A stretch of DNA of 39,773 nt from the NCBI GenBank assembly GCA_016282215.1, contig JAEEKC010000111.1, positions 1 to 39,773 on the forward strand. Reading direction: 5' to 3'. Positions within the stretch are counted from its first letter, which is position 1. Each line of letters starts with the position of its first letter. The translations under genes were made by a program, and so were the position numbers. This DNA is from Lachnospiraceae bacterium (GTDB lineage Bacteria > Bacillota > Clostridia > Lachnospirales > Lachnospiraceae). Positions 15,430-23,956 of the stretch are shown piece after piece. The notes under the pieces are model-generated. The model was not told the origin of the DNA and did no database searches. It was given only the letters and a program-made list of their open reading frames with translations.

Positions 15430-17319
15430 CTACTCTTTCGAAATTGCCATAAACTTACAGTTGCTCTTGCAAAGGCCGCACTTCGCGCATTTGGACTGAT
15501 CGATGGCAAAGGAAGCAAGCTTATGCCCCTCTGCGATATAATCCGTTCTGGAGATGCAGCCCACCGGACAGTTCCTTGCGCAAAGGCCGCAGCCGATGCA
15601 GACATCCGGATCGATCCTGTACTGCATCAAAGACTTGCAGACATGGGCCGGACAACGCTTGTCCACGATATGGGCAATGTACTCATCCTTGAAATGACGC
15701 AGGGTGGAGTTGACGGGATTGGCTGCCGTCTGGCCCAGCGCGCAAAGGGAGTTTTTCTGGATGGTCCTGCTCAGCTCTTCGAGGGCATCAAGATCTTCCA
15801 TGGTGCCCTTGCCTTCGGTGATCTTGGTCAGGATCTCCAGGATACGCTTTGTGCCGATCCTGCAGGGAGAGCATTTTCCGCAGGATTCATCACAGATGAA
15901 TTCCATATAGAATTTTGCCACGTCTACCATACAGTTGTCTTCGTCCATAACAATGGCGCCGCCGGATCCCATCATAGATCCCTTCTGTACCAGGTTATCA
16001 AAATCGATGGGCTCATCGAGGAAATCTTCCGTCAGACAGCCGCCGGACGGACCGCCGGTCTGGATCGCTTTGAATTTCTTGCCGCCCGGAATGCCGCCGC
16101 CGATGTCGTAAATCAGTTCGCGGAGGGTTGTTCCCATGGGGACCTCCACAAGGCCGACATTGTTGACTTTTCCGCCAAGTGCGAATACCTTGGTTCCCTT
16201 GGAGCCTTCGGTACCGACTTTGGCAAACTCAGCTGCACCTTCCCGCAGGATGTAAGGCACGCATGCTAAGGTCTCAACGTTATTAACAATGGTTGGCTTA
16301 TCCCACAGACCCTTCACAGCCGGGAAAGGAGGACGGGGACGTGGCATGCCGCGCTTACCTTCGATGGAATTTAAGAGTGCAGTCTCTTCGCCGCAGACAA
16401 AAGCACCCGCGCCAAGACGGATATGACAGTTAAAATCAAAACCGCTGCCTAAGATATTTGTGCCAAGCAGTCCTGCTTCCCTTGCATTGGTGATCGCCTT
16501 GCGAAGACGGGCCACTGCGATTGGGTATTCGGCACGTACATAGAAGTAACCCTCTTTTGCACCGATGGCATAGGCTGCGATCATCATGCCTTCGATCACG
16601 GCAATGGGATTTCCCTCCAAGATGGAACGATCCATGAAAGCACCCGGATCTCCTTCGTCGCCATTGCAGACCACATATTTTTCATCCCCTTCGCTTGCAA
16701 GGGCAAACATCCACTTACGGCCTGCCGGGAAGCCGCCGCCTCCGCGTCCGCGAAGACCGGAAAGAAGCACGGTATCCGCCACTTCCTTCGGTGTCATGGT
16801 CAGGGCTTTTTTCAGACCCTTAAACGCCCCCGCTCCGAGAGCCTCTTCGAGCTTCTCGGGATTGATGACACCACAGCCATGCAAAGCGATGCGGCGCTGC
16901 TTTTTGTAGAAATTGATATCGTCCTGTTTGGAAACCTTTTCACCGGAAACGGGATCCACATATAAAAGCCGCTGCACAACTTCACCCTTTGCAATATCGG
17001 TATCGATGATCTCTTCCACATCGTCTATGGAAACCATACGATACAGCGTATCTTCGGGATAGATCTTGACAAAAGGTCCCTGGGAACAGAAACCGAAACA
17101 GCCTGTCAGATTGACAGTGGCTTTTTCATTCAAACCTTTTTTGGCAAGAAGTTCTTTGAACTTCTCCATGATCTCTTTGGAATTACTCGAAAGGCATCCG
17201 GTTCCGCCGCACAGAACGATGTGGCGTTTTTCATCAGCGCCCGCGAGCTTGTCTTTCATGTTCTTTTCGCATTCTGCGATCCTTTTATCGAGCTCCTCTA
17301 CGGAAGTGATCTGACTCAT
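15430..17319 (-). CDS. hydB: NuoF-like flavoprotein subunit of bifurcating-type hydrogenase (FMN/NAD(H) binding, Fe-S)
   Basis: GLRGRGGGGFPAGRKW matches the FMN/NADH site. ESCGKCSPCR matches the N3-type 4Fe-4S cluster. The N-terminus has a thioredoxin-like 2Fe-2S domain and the C-terminus has CIGCGLCARNCP / CAKCGLCKSNC ferredoxin motifs. The start overlaps the hydC stop by 4 nt (ATGA). Confidence 0.93.
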   Translation of the reverse strand: MSQITSVEELDKRIAECEKNMKDKLAGADEKRHIVLCGGTGCLSSNSKEIMEKFKELLAKKGLNEKATVNLTGCFGFCSQGPFVKIYPEDTLYRMVSIDDVEEIIDTDIAKGEVVQRLLYVDPVSGEKVSKQDDINFYKKQRRIALHGCGVINPEKLEEALGAGAFKGLKKALTMTPKEVADTVLLSGLRGRGGGGFPAGRKWMFALASEGDEKYVVCNGDEGDPGAFMDRSILEGNPIAVIEGMMIAAYAIGAKEGYFYVRAEYPIAVARLRKAITNAREAGLLGTNILGSGFDFNCHIRLGAGAFVCGEETALLNSIEGKRGMPRPRPPFPAVKGLWDKPTIVNNVETLACVPYILREGAAEFAKVGTEGSKGTKVFALGGKVNNVGLVEVPMGTTLRELIYDIGGGIPGGKKFKAIQTGGPSGGCLTEDFLDEPIDFDNLVQKGSMMGSGGAIVMDEDNCMVDVAKFYMEFICDESCGKCSPCRIGTKRILEILTKITEGKGTMEDLDALEELSRTIQKNSLCALGQTAANPVNSTLRHFKDEYIAHIVDKRCPAHVCKSLMQYRIDPDVCIGCGLCARNCPVGCISRTDYIAEGHKLASFAIDQSKCAKCGLCKSNCKFMAISKE

Positions 17320-17801
17320 GCTGATGCCTCCTTTCTGTATGATTCAATGATATCTTCTACCTCTTCCACATCCACCTTCGGATATACCTTACCGTTAATG
17401 CTGACAGCAGGCGCGATACCGCAGGCACCGATGCAGCGAAGGGCATCTAAGGTAAACAGACCGTCCTTGGTGGTCTGGCCGGGTGCGATGCCGAGGATTT
17501 CGGAAAAACGGTCGATGACGATCTGGGCGCCCTTGACATAGCAGGCCGTTCCGAGGCAGCAGCCGATGACATATTTACCCTTGGGCTCTAATGAGAAAAA
17601 CGAATAGAAGGTAACCACCCCATAAATCTCAGCAACTGATATCCCCGTTCTTTGCGACACCACTTCCTGCACCTCGAGCGGGATATATCCGTATTCATTC
17701 TGGATATCGCTCAGGATCATCATCAGCGGCGTCTTTTCCTTTTTGTACCTGTCGCAGATGTCTTTGATCTGGCGGACAGCACTTTCACTTAGCCTTGCCA
17801 T
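17316..17801 (-). CDS. hydC: NuoE-like [2Fe-2S] subunit of bifurcating-type hydrogenase
   Basis: CLGTACYVKG ... CIGACGIAPAV is the thioredoxin-like 2Fe-2S signature. The protein is 161 aa. ATG at 17801 has a GGAGGAG RBS. Confidence 0.9.
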   Translation of the reverse strand: MARLSESAVRQIKDICDRYKKEKTPLMMILSDIQNEYGYIPLEVQEVVSQRTGISVAEIYGVVTFYSFFSLEPKGKYVIGCCLGTACYVKGAQIVIDRFSEILGIAPGQTTKDGLFTLDALRCIGACGIAPAVSINGKVYPKVDVEEVEDIIESYRKEASA

Positions 17802-17827
17802 ACTTGCTCCTCCTTAATTGATCAGTA

Positions 17828-17868
17828 GTTTTTCGTCCCACTCTATTCATATCGGACTTTACACTACC
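17828..17868 (-). promoter_or_regulatory. Conserved ~40-nt leader element, copy B (upstream of hydCBA)
   Basis: Sense strand: GGTAGTGTAAAGTCCGATATGAATAGAGTGGGACGAAAAAC, followed by TACTGATCAATTAAGGAGGAGCAAGTATG. Confidence 0.6.
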
Positions 17869-17949
17869 AATATTTTCCTCCATCTGACGCAAATTGTGCA
17901 GACAAGAACATTATACTCTATTTTGCGGGTTTATGGAACTGTTTTTTGC

Positions 17950-18000
17950 GGTAAAAAACGGCAAAAGACTGCCGGAGTGCATTCCGCACTCCGGCAGTCT
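17950..18000 (-). terminator. Rho-independent terminator after the Fn3 protein gene
   Basis: Sense strand: AGACTGCCGGAGTGC-GGAAT-GCACTCCGGCAGTCT (15-bp perfect stem, 17966..18000), followed by TTTTGCCGTTTTTT. Confidence 0.85.
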
Positions 18001-18096
18001 GTAACTTGTCATTCTTTCACGGCCTGCGACCGTATTTTTTCTTTCATGCTTGCCTTTATTAAGCATGCCAGCCTTACATAGACAAATCTGTAAGGA

Positions 18097-19953
18097 TTAA
18101 TGGATACCTACATAAACAAATCTGTAAGGATCATAGGTCTGGCCGTAGTTACTGATTCTGTTAAAGCCATACTTTGCAAAGACATTGACTACGGAGTTGT
18201 ACTCAACGGAACCCGGGGTACCTCCCACAACCTTGATCGTAACCGCAACGCCTTCTCTGTCCTCCTGATAGAGAGATCCGAAGTTGTAGCCGGAAACTTC
18301 CGTGATCTTCAGATTCACGCCTGCAACCGGAGTATTCTGAATTTCGTTGACGATCTGCTGTACAGTAGGCTGAACTCTCTTATTAACCAGGAAACTATCT
18401 GCCTTATTTACGCTGTATCCTGCAGATGTCTTTTTCGGATCTACAGACCATTTCGTATAAGCAACACCCTGCATTCTGGTGTCAGCCTCGGCCTGCGTGC
18501 CATATGCATAATAGTGATCCTGTCCGAATACCCTGTTGCATCTTTCCTGATAGTTCTCCGAAGGATAGCAGAAATAATTTGATGTCATCAGAACCGGATC
18601 ACAGGGATAAGACCATGTCTTCTTCTTTTTCTTATCGCTGAAGCATACGATCTGATAATAATATTTGGTTCCGTTATCCTGAACGATCTCTGTGGAGGTC
18701 ACATTTCCGCCATCCACGGTGGCGACTGTGGTAAAGCCCTTGTTTTCACTGGTAGAGCGCTGTACAAAGTATCCCTTTGCCCTCTTTACGCTGCTCCAGG
18801 TAAGTTTCACGACATTCGGCTTTTCGCAGACACAGCCTTCTTTTACAAAGTTTGTGGAAGCAAGCACGGTTGCTGCTGCAGTCGGCCACAGATCAAAATC
18901 GGAATAATAGCGTCTTTTGTTGATGACTTTATAGGCACGAACCCTGTACCAGTACTTCTGTCCGGGAACCGTATCCTTATCCACATATTTCCGCTTTTTC
19001 AGTTTTTTCATCTTCGGGCCGCCGGCGATCAGGGTACCCTTTTTGCTTTTCTTCTTGGAGCGGTACACTTCGTAGCCGTCCGCACCCGGAACCTTCACCC
19101 ATTTCAGGGTCACAAAATCGGAACCGTTCGCACTCAGATAATTGATCTCCGTTTTGTCAAGCATCGTCTTTGCCTTGACCGGTCCCGACAACTCGCTGAC
19201 GTATTCTTTTCCGTTATCATTGATATAGGCCTGCACCTTGAAATAATAGGTCTTTGCAAGGCTTAAGTTCTTGCCTGCAGCATCCTTTAAGATCATTGCA
19301 CCTGCCGCATCGGATGTCTCCAGCATTTTATACTTCCCGTTTTTCTTATTCGAAATGTAAACCTTGTAACCGGTTACCCCGCCGACCGGTTTCCAGGTCA
19401 ACAGAATCTTCTTGTAACTGAGCGGCTCTGACGTAAGGAACCATTCGTTTGCGGTCCTCGTAGGCTTAACCGTCGCAGTTTCGGCAGAAAAATCACCATA
19501 GTAATTCTTGCCATCCTGCTTGATAAACGCCCTAACCTTAAAACTGTAGGTAGAAGCGGTATTCAGTTCCTTCTGATCCGATGACGCACCCTTCGTAGAC
19601 ATCACATTCGCTTCCGTGGTATTCCCGCCGTCAAAAGTCCAATGGAGGACATATCCCTGGCCATTGGTATTGCTGTATACCTCGTAGCCGTCCGCACCGG
19701 ATACCGCAGCCCAGTTAAGCTTGATGGTATCTTCATCCACCACAGTCGCCAAAACGCTTGCGGGCTTGCCAACCGTCGGTGCAGCCGGCGTCGGTGTTTC
19801 ATTCTGGCTCACCGTCTCCGCTGTCACTGCCTCTTCTGCGTCAATAACCCCCTCCGGCTCAGCCTGGCCTGCAAAAGCCGCAGCCGGGCCTTCCAGAATC
19901 AGACTTGCCGACAGCAATAAAGCTGTCACTGATTGCAACACTCTCCTTTTCAC
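18097..19953 (-). CDS. Secreted protein with four Fn3-like modules and a C-terminal M15-like (probably inactive) domain
   Basis: The signal peptide is VKRRVLQSVTALLLSASLILEGPAAAFA (GTG start at 19953, GGAGG 9 nt upstream). Four modules carry L.W..V.GA.GYEVY...YYF(K/R)V.AY signatures. See the findings for the C-terminal domain. Confidence 0.8.
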   Translation of the reverse strand: MKRRVLQSVTALLLSASLILEGPAAAFAGQAEPEGVIDAEEAVTAETVSQNETPTPAAPTVGKPASVLATVVDEDTIKLNWAAVSGADGYEVYSNTNGQGYVLHWTFDGGNTTEANVMSTKGASSDQKELNTASTYSFKVRAFIKQDGKNYYGDFSAETATVKPTRTANEWFLTSEPLSYKKILLTWKPVGGVTGYKVYISNKKNGKYKMLETSDAAGAMILKDAAGKNLSLAKTYYFKVQAYINDNGKEYVSELSGPVKAKTMLDKTEINYLSANGSDFVTLKWVKVPGADGYEVYRSKKKSKKGTLIAGGPKMKKLKKRKYVDKDTVPGQKYWYRVRAYKVINKRRYYSDFDLWPTAAATVLASTNFVKEGCVCEKPNVVKLTWSSVKRAKGYFVQRSTSENKGFTTVATVDGGNVTSTEIVQDNGTKYYYQIVCFSDKKKKKTWSYPCDPVLMTSNYFCYPSENYQERCNRVFGQDHYYAYGTQAEADTRMQGVAYTKWSVDPKKTSAGYSVNKADSFLVNKRVQPTVQQIVNEIQNTPVAGVNLKITEVSGYNFGSLYQEDREGVAVTIKVVGGTPGSVEYNSVVNVFAKYGFNRISNYGQTYDPYRFVYVGIH

Positions 19954-19977
19954 CTTCTGATACCTCCTAATTAATTA

Positions 19978-20017
19978 GTTTTTCGGCTCGGTATTTTCAT
20001 ACCGGGCTCTGCACTAC
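19978..20017 (-). promoter_or_regulatory. Conserved leader element, copy C1 (proximal, upstream of the Fn3 gene)
   Basis: Sense strand: GTAGTGCAGAGCCCGGTATGAAAATACCGAGCCGAAAAAC, followed by TAATTAATTAGGAGGTATCAGAAGGTG. Confidence 0.6.
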
Positions 20018-20032
20018 TGAATTGATCAGTAG

Positions 20033-20071
20033 TTTTTTCGCTCAGTATTTCATACCGGGCTCTGCACTACC
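20033..20071 (-). promoter_or_regulatory. Conserved leader element, copy C2 (distal tandem copy, 55-nt period)
   Basis: Sense strand: GGTAGTGCAGAGCCCGGTATGAAATACTGAGCGAAAAAA, followed by CTACTGATCAATTCA and then directly by copy C1. Confidence 0.6.
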
Positions 20072-20160
20072 AAGTAATATAATAACTACTATCTATAAAA
20101 TTACACTATAACGTGCAATTTTTCAAGTACCAATGGAAACAGATTAAAAAGATAAACATG

Positions 20161-21099
20161 CTACGGATACCACTCATTCATCTTCGCTGTGGGGACCTCA
20201 AAATGCTGATAATCCTTTTTGGTTTTCCACTCCCCTCCCCACTCGAAACCATGCTGTATGAACAATTCGTAACAAAGGTCTCCTTTTACGATCTTGTAGG
20301 GAAAATCCGCCTCCCTGTCGGTATAGCCTTCGGCGCCTGCCGGCTCTACCACCCTTTCTCCGTCCACAGTCCTGACATAAGGATTATAGAAGGTATTGAT
20401 ATCCACCGCCAGGCCCATGCCGTGTTTGGATATCTTCGTCGTGCCGGAGATGAGGCGGTAATTAAACGAAGAGGAATTATTATCCTCCATGGATCTTTCA
20501 TCATCCGCATCATATTCGTCCACCAGGCGGATCTTTTCGATGGGGTAATCATTTTCATACAGGGTCCGCAGGATCGTAAGCACATCCTCTGCGATATGCA
20601 CGTTGACGATCATCTCCCCTTCATGCACCTTTCCGTCGATATCTTTATGCAGCACATGGAGATATCGAAGATCCTCTCTCGGCAGGGTGCAGTCATCTTT
20701 ATAAGACTTTCCCTGTATGCGGGTGAATATCTCGTCAGAGATCCCGGTGATGTAGAACTGCGATTCTACAGAGATTTCCGAATCTGCAGAATCTACATTT
20801 ATATTCATTTCCCCATTTATTCCTTCTTCGATTTCCGGGCCTGTTTCTGTACCCGCCGGTTCTGTCTGCATGGGAGCCGCCGTTTCCATATTTTTCATAT
20901 GTTCATCATCCGTCTGTATTTCCGGCAGTTTCTCACTGCTCCTTTCATCAGGCTTTCCGCCGGATCTGCTTTCGATTTGCGATCCGGTTTCGTTTTCAGA
21001 TCCCTGCAGGCCGCAGCCTGTCCAAAGAAGAGACATACCAATGAAGATAAGCAGTGCCCCTATCTTTATTCCCTTTTCTGCTTTTGTTTTGATTTTCAT
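20161..21099 (-). CDS. M15-family zinc metallopeptidase lipoprotein (cell-wall peptidase type)
   Basis: The lipobox is LLWTG-C. SKHGMGLAVDIN matches S.H..G.A.D, and HGFEWGGEW...DYQHFEV matches D..H. The start overlaps the stop of the 946-aa ORF by 4 nt (ATGA). Confidence 0.85.
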   Translation of the reverse strand: MKIKTKAEKGIKIGALLIFIGMSLLWTGCGLQGSENETGSQIESRSGGKPDERSSEKLPEIQTDDEHMKNMETAAPMQTEPAGTETGPEIEEGINGEMNINVDSADSEISVESQFYITGISDEIFTRIQGKSYKDDCTLPREDLRYLHVLHKDIDGKVHEGEMIVNVHIAEDVLTILRTLYENDYPIEKIRLVDEYDADDERSMEDNNSSSFNYRLISGTTKISKHGMGLAVDINTFYNPYVRTVDGERVVEPAGAEGYTDREADFPYKIVKGDLCYELFIQHGFEWGGEWKTKKDYQHFEVPTAKMNEWYP

Positions 21100-23936
21100 T
21101 TCGGTTTCGGTCCGGTTTTCTTTATTCCTTTTGTCTCCGTCTTCTGTCCGGAAGGCTGCTCATTTTCTTCTTTTACCTGCCCTTCAGGCTTTGTCTTTTC
21201 CTTCGGCTGCTCTTTTTTCGGTTCCTCTTTCTTCGGCTCTTCTTTTACGTCGCCCTGTTTCTGCGCATTCAGGGCTTCCTTTTTGCGCGCTCTTTCCGCC
21301 TGTCTTTTCTGATAGGTCTTTTCTCTTTCCTGCTGGATACGCCGCTCCTTCTCATCCTCCGATTTGCGCCAGTCCCTGATCTTCTTATCCGTTTTTTCCA
21401 CATATTCTTTCATGCTTTTGGTGTCGGAAAGCATTTCCTTAACGGTCTCCGGATGTTTGCGAAGGTGGGCAAGCTGGTCTTTCTGATTTTTCTGTTTCCG
21501 CCAGGATTTCAGATAGTCGTTCACATATTCCCCCGGTTTATACGCATCGCCCGCGCGGTTATTTTTCTCCGGCAGTTTGCCCACCTGATCTATAAGCGTT
21601 ACCGTATACGCCATGGCATAGGCGGTTTCGATGGTCACCTCGTCTTTGTAGACGCCGTTTTCCAGGTTCCGCTTTACCAAACGGCATTTATCCAGATAGA
21701 CATCATCACATTTTTCAATCTGCTCTGTCACATCCCCCATCATCAGCGCCTTTAAGGATCCGACGCCCACGTTATCCAGGAATTTTTTATAGGCAGGCAC
21801 TTTCGGAAGGTTTTTGTCCACCAGCTCCTTCAGTTCTTCCTCCTTTGCGCCCACAGACCGGAAGATGGATGCCAGGCGAAAGGCAAAAATATCCCTGACT
21901 GCGTCCGCTGCCTGCTTCTTTTGTTCCTCATTCATTTTCGTATAAGAGGCATACTGCATCGAAAGGGTTGAAACGCCTGTGATGGCGCCGCTGATATACG
22001 TTTGCATGACCGGCCCGGACGTCTTTTTGAGCTGCTCAAACGCGTCAAGCTGGATATTGACCTGTTTTAAGATCTGCGTTTCACTCATCTTCGATAGTTC
22101 ATAGTCATCAGTCATCAGACCACCGTCCAGGGTGCCATGCAGAACAAACTGCTTTTTCGCTTTCGGATCATAAGTATAGGTGATATTGGCAAAAGCGGTC
22201 CCATCCAGTATGGAAGAGAGTTTTTGCTCAAATACCTGTTTCGAACTAAATTCCACGGAACTCATATGATCGATCACACCGACATAAATACCTCTTCCGA
22301 TGGCTCCTTCATCATAGGTAAACCAGTCCGCAAAGGGTTTATCCTTGCACGCGACTGCCTTTTTTGCAAACATCGAGCGCAGATGATTGACCGTAAAACT
22401 GTTGAAAAGAACAGTCTTTTGTGCAAGATCCGAAAAACGGAAATCCAGGTCCCTGAGGCCCTCCGCTACTCTTTGGATATTGACCGCAAACTGATCGAGA
22501 TATCCGCGCATATTGCCCACCTTGTCCAGGTAATCCTGGGGGGTCTTCAGATCGGGAAAATCCTTTTTACCGGCCTTAAGCATATCCTCCGGCATTCTGC
22601 CCATTTCCTGCCAGACATCCATCAGGGTAAAGCCCAGCATACCCGCCCTGGAAAATTCCGGCGAAAAGATATAATCCGGATCGGAAAAGTCCACCTTGCC
22701 CAGCATCTTGCCGATCCTGTCAATGGATGCCATATATCCTTTATGCATGGTCTCGGCCAGCCACTTTGCATTCTCCGGTTTTTTTCCGCTGGTTTTTAAG
22801 ACCAGTGTATGGAAAAGATCCGCCTTTTCTTTCTGCAGTTTGGCCGGATCCATGATATCCTCTTCCGTATACAGATAGTTCCCTTTTTCATCCTTCATCG
22901 CCATCAGGGCGACGGTGGTGATGCTGTGTCCCGCGGTTCTCGCCACGGAAATGCCATAAGGATGCGGGTGCTTGAAAAGGCTTTCGTCCGTGTAACGGTC
23001 CCCGTAAAAAGCCTTTCTGTTTTCCTTGGCTCCCGGTCCCAAATCATACTTGTTATAGACATTATTCAGCCAGTTTGCGTACTTTTCCTTTTCCGCCTTG
23101 ACATAGGCTGCCGCCTGCCGGGGCGCTGTCTTGATCTCAAAACGTCGTTGTTCGGTCAGCTGATAGGTCCGCTCCACCGAAGCGCGGTTGATGGCGCAGA
23201 TGCGCCTTACTTCCGTCACCGCCGCAAAGCGCTCCTTTGCATACGTTGTGTCCGTCTTTCCTTTTTTTCCGTCCAGATAGACCTGGGTAAGCCTGTCAAA
23301 CTCTTCGGCGCTTCGCAGGTAGGAAAGCATGGTTTCCTTTTCCTGCTTTCGCAGCTTTCCTGCCTTTTCGGGATCCGTTTCCTGCAACGAATTTGCCCGG
23401 TTTTTCTCCATTTTAGACGCTAACTTTTTCAGGTTTTTCAGTTCCCCCATCAGGGCGCGAAACTGCGGAGAACTTCCGCCCTTATACCAGTGATCCTTGC
23501 TGTCAAGGAGTGCATAAAGCCTGGCGATATCGTCCGCATTCTTTTTCAGGTCCACCCGGTTAAAGCTGCGGACCTCATAGGCCTTGTCTGCCGGGGTGGG
23601 TTCCTGCGAAGCAGAAACGCCGGCGGATGCTCCCTGTCCCTCCAGCTGATTCTTTGTTCTGTATGCCTGAAGCTCCTCCGGCACCGGGATGTCCTGCCCA
23701 AGCTGCTTTTTGGTCATAAGTTCCATATGCCAGGCATAGTAATAGGCCTCTGTTTTTTTGTCCTCAGCGGCCTTGCTGTTTTTCACAAGCTCCCACATCT
23801 GCGCCGCCTTGAGAAGGTCCGCTCTCTGCTTCGCCTCGTCCACAACTGCATGGTTTTCGTGCAGTTCCTCTTCCGGGGGGATGGGATTCAGTTCCGGCTG
23901 TGCATATTCATCTTCCCTGTATTCAGACTCTTTCAT
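21096..23936 (-). CDS. 946-aa K/E-rich protein of unknown function (no signal peptide or TM segment seen), translationally coupled to the M15 lipoprotein
   Basis: Uninterrupted 946-codon ORF. ATG at 23936 has an AAGGAG RBS. The C-terminal tail is EEPKKEEPKKEQPKEKTKPEG...GPKPK. I recognise no domain. Confidence 0.7.
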   Translation of the reverse strand: MKESEYREDEYAQPELNPIPPEEELHENHAVVDEAKQRADLLKAAQMWELVKNSKAAEDKKTEAYYYAWHMELMTKKQLGQDIPVPEELQAYRTKNQLEGQGASAGVSASQEPTPADKAYEVRSFNRVDLKKNADDIARLYALLDSKDHWYKGGSSPQFRALMGELKNLKKLASKMEKNRANSLQETDPEKAGKLRKQEKETMLSYLRSAEEFDRLTQVYLDGKKGKTDTTYAKERFAAVTEVRRICAINRASVERTYQLTEQRRFEIKTAPRQAAAYVKAEKEKYANWLNNVYNKYDLGPGAKENRKAFYGDRYTDESLFKHPHPYGISVARTAGHSITTVALMAMKDEKGNYLYTEEDIMDPAKLQKEKADLFHTLVLKTSGKKPENAKWLAETMHKGYMASIDRIGKMLGKVDFSDPDYIFSPEFSRAGMLGFTLMDVWQEMGRMPEDMLKAGKKDFPDLKTPQDYLDKVGNMRGYLDQFAVNIQRVAEGLRDLDFRFSDLAQKTVLFNSFTVNHLRSMFAKKAVACKDKPFADWFTYDEGAIGRGIYVGVIDHMSSVEFSSKQVFEQKLSSILDGTAFANITYTYDPKAKKQFVLHGTLDGGLMTDDYELSKMSETQILKQVNIQLDAFEQLKKTSGPVMQTYISGAITGVSTLSMQYASYTKMNEEQKKQAADAVRDIFAFRLASIFRSVGAKEEELKELVDKNLPKVPAYKKFLDNVGVGSLKALMMGDVTEQIEKCDDVYLDKCRLVKRNLENGVYKDEVTIETAYAMAYTVTLIDQVGKLPEKNNRAGDAYKPGEYVNDYLKSWRKQKNQKDQLAHLRKHPETVKEMLSDTKSMKEYVEKTDKKIRDWRKSEDEKERRIQQEREKTYQKRQAERARKKEALNAQKQGDVKEEPKKEEPKKEQPKEKTKPEGQVKEENEQPSGQKTETKGIKKTGPKPK

Positions 23937-23956
23937 AAGTGTGCTCCTTTTTCATT

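Noticed and set aside
17828-17868. The leader element read as a known riboswitch. AGAGUGGGACGAAAAAC in copy B resembles part of c-di-GMP-I, and the AAAAACUA tail resembles preQ1-I.
   Set aside because: The resemblance is confined to one copy or a few nucleotides. The other conserved helices and pseudoknot partners of those classes are absent. The downstream genes do not fit a single ligand.
19978-20071. Two ~40-nt repeats starting GTTTTT (plus strand), considered as a mini CRISPR array.
   Set aside because: There are only two copies, separated by 15 nt, which is too short for a spacer. The same element occurs singly at three other gene-proximal sites. No cas genes are present.
20113-21312. 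Long plus-strand ORFs: 399 aa here, plus 31649..32851 (400 aa), 15409..16269 (286 aa), 11203..11970, 22137..22799 and others.
   Set aside because: Each lies antisense to a minus-strand gene with clear family signatures (M15, PP2C, hydB, EAL and others). Their translations are low-complexity (R/H/F/L-rich). They lack RBSs and recognisable motifs. They are shadow ORFs.
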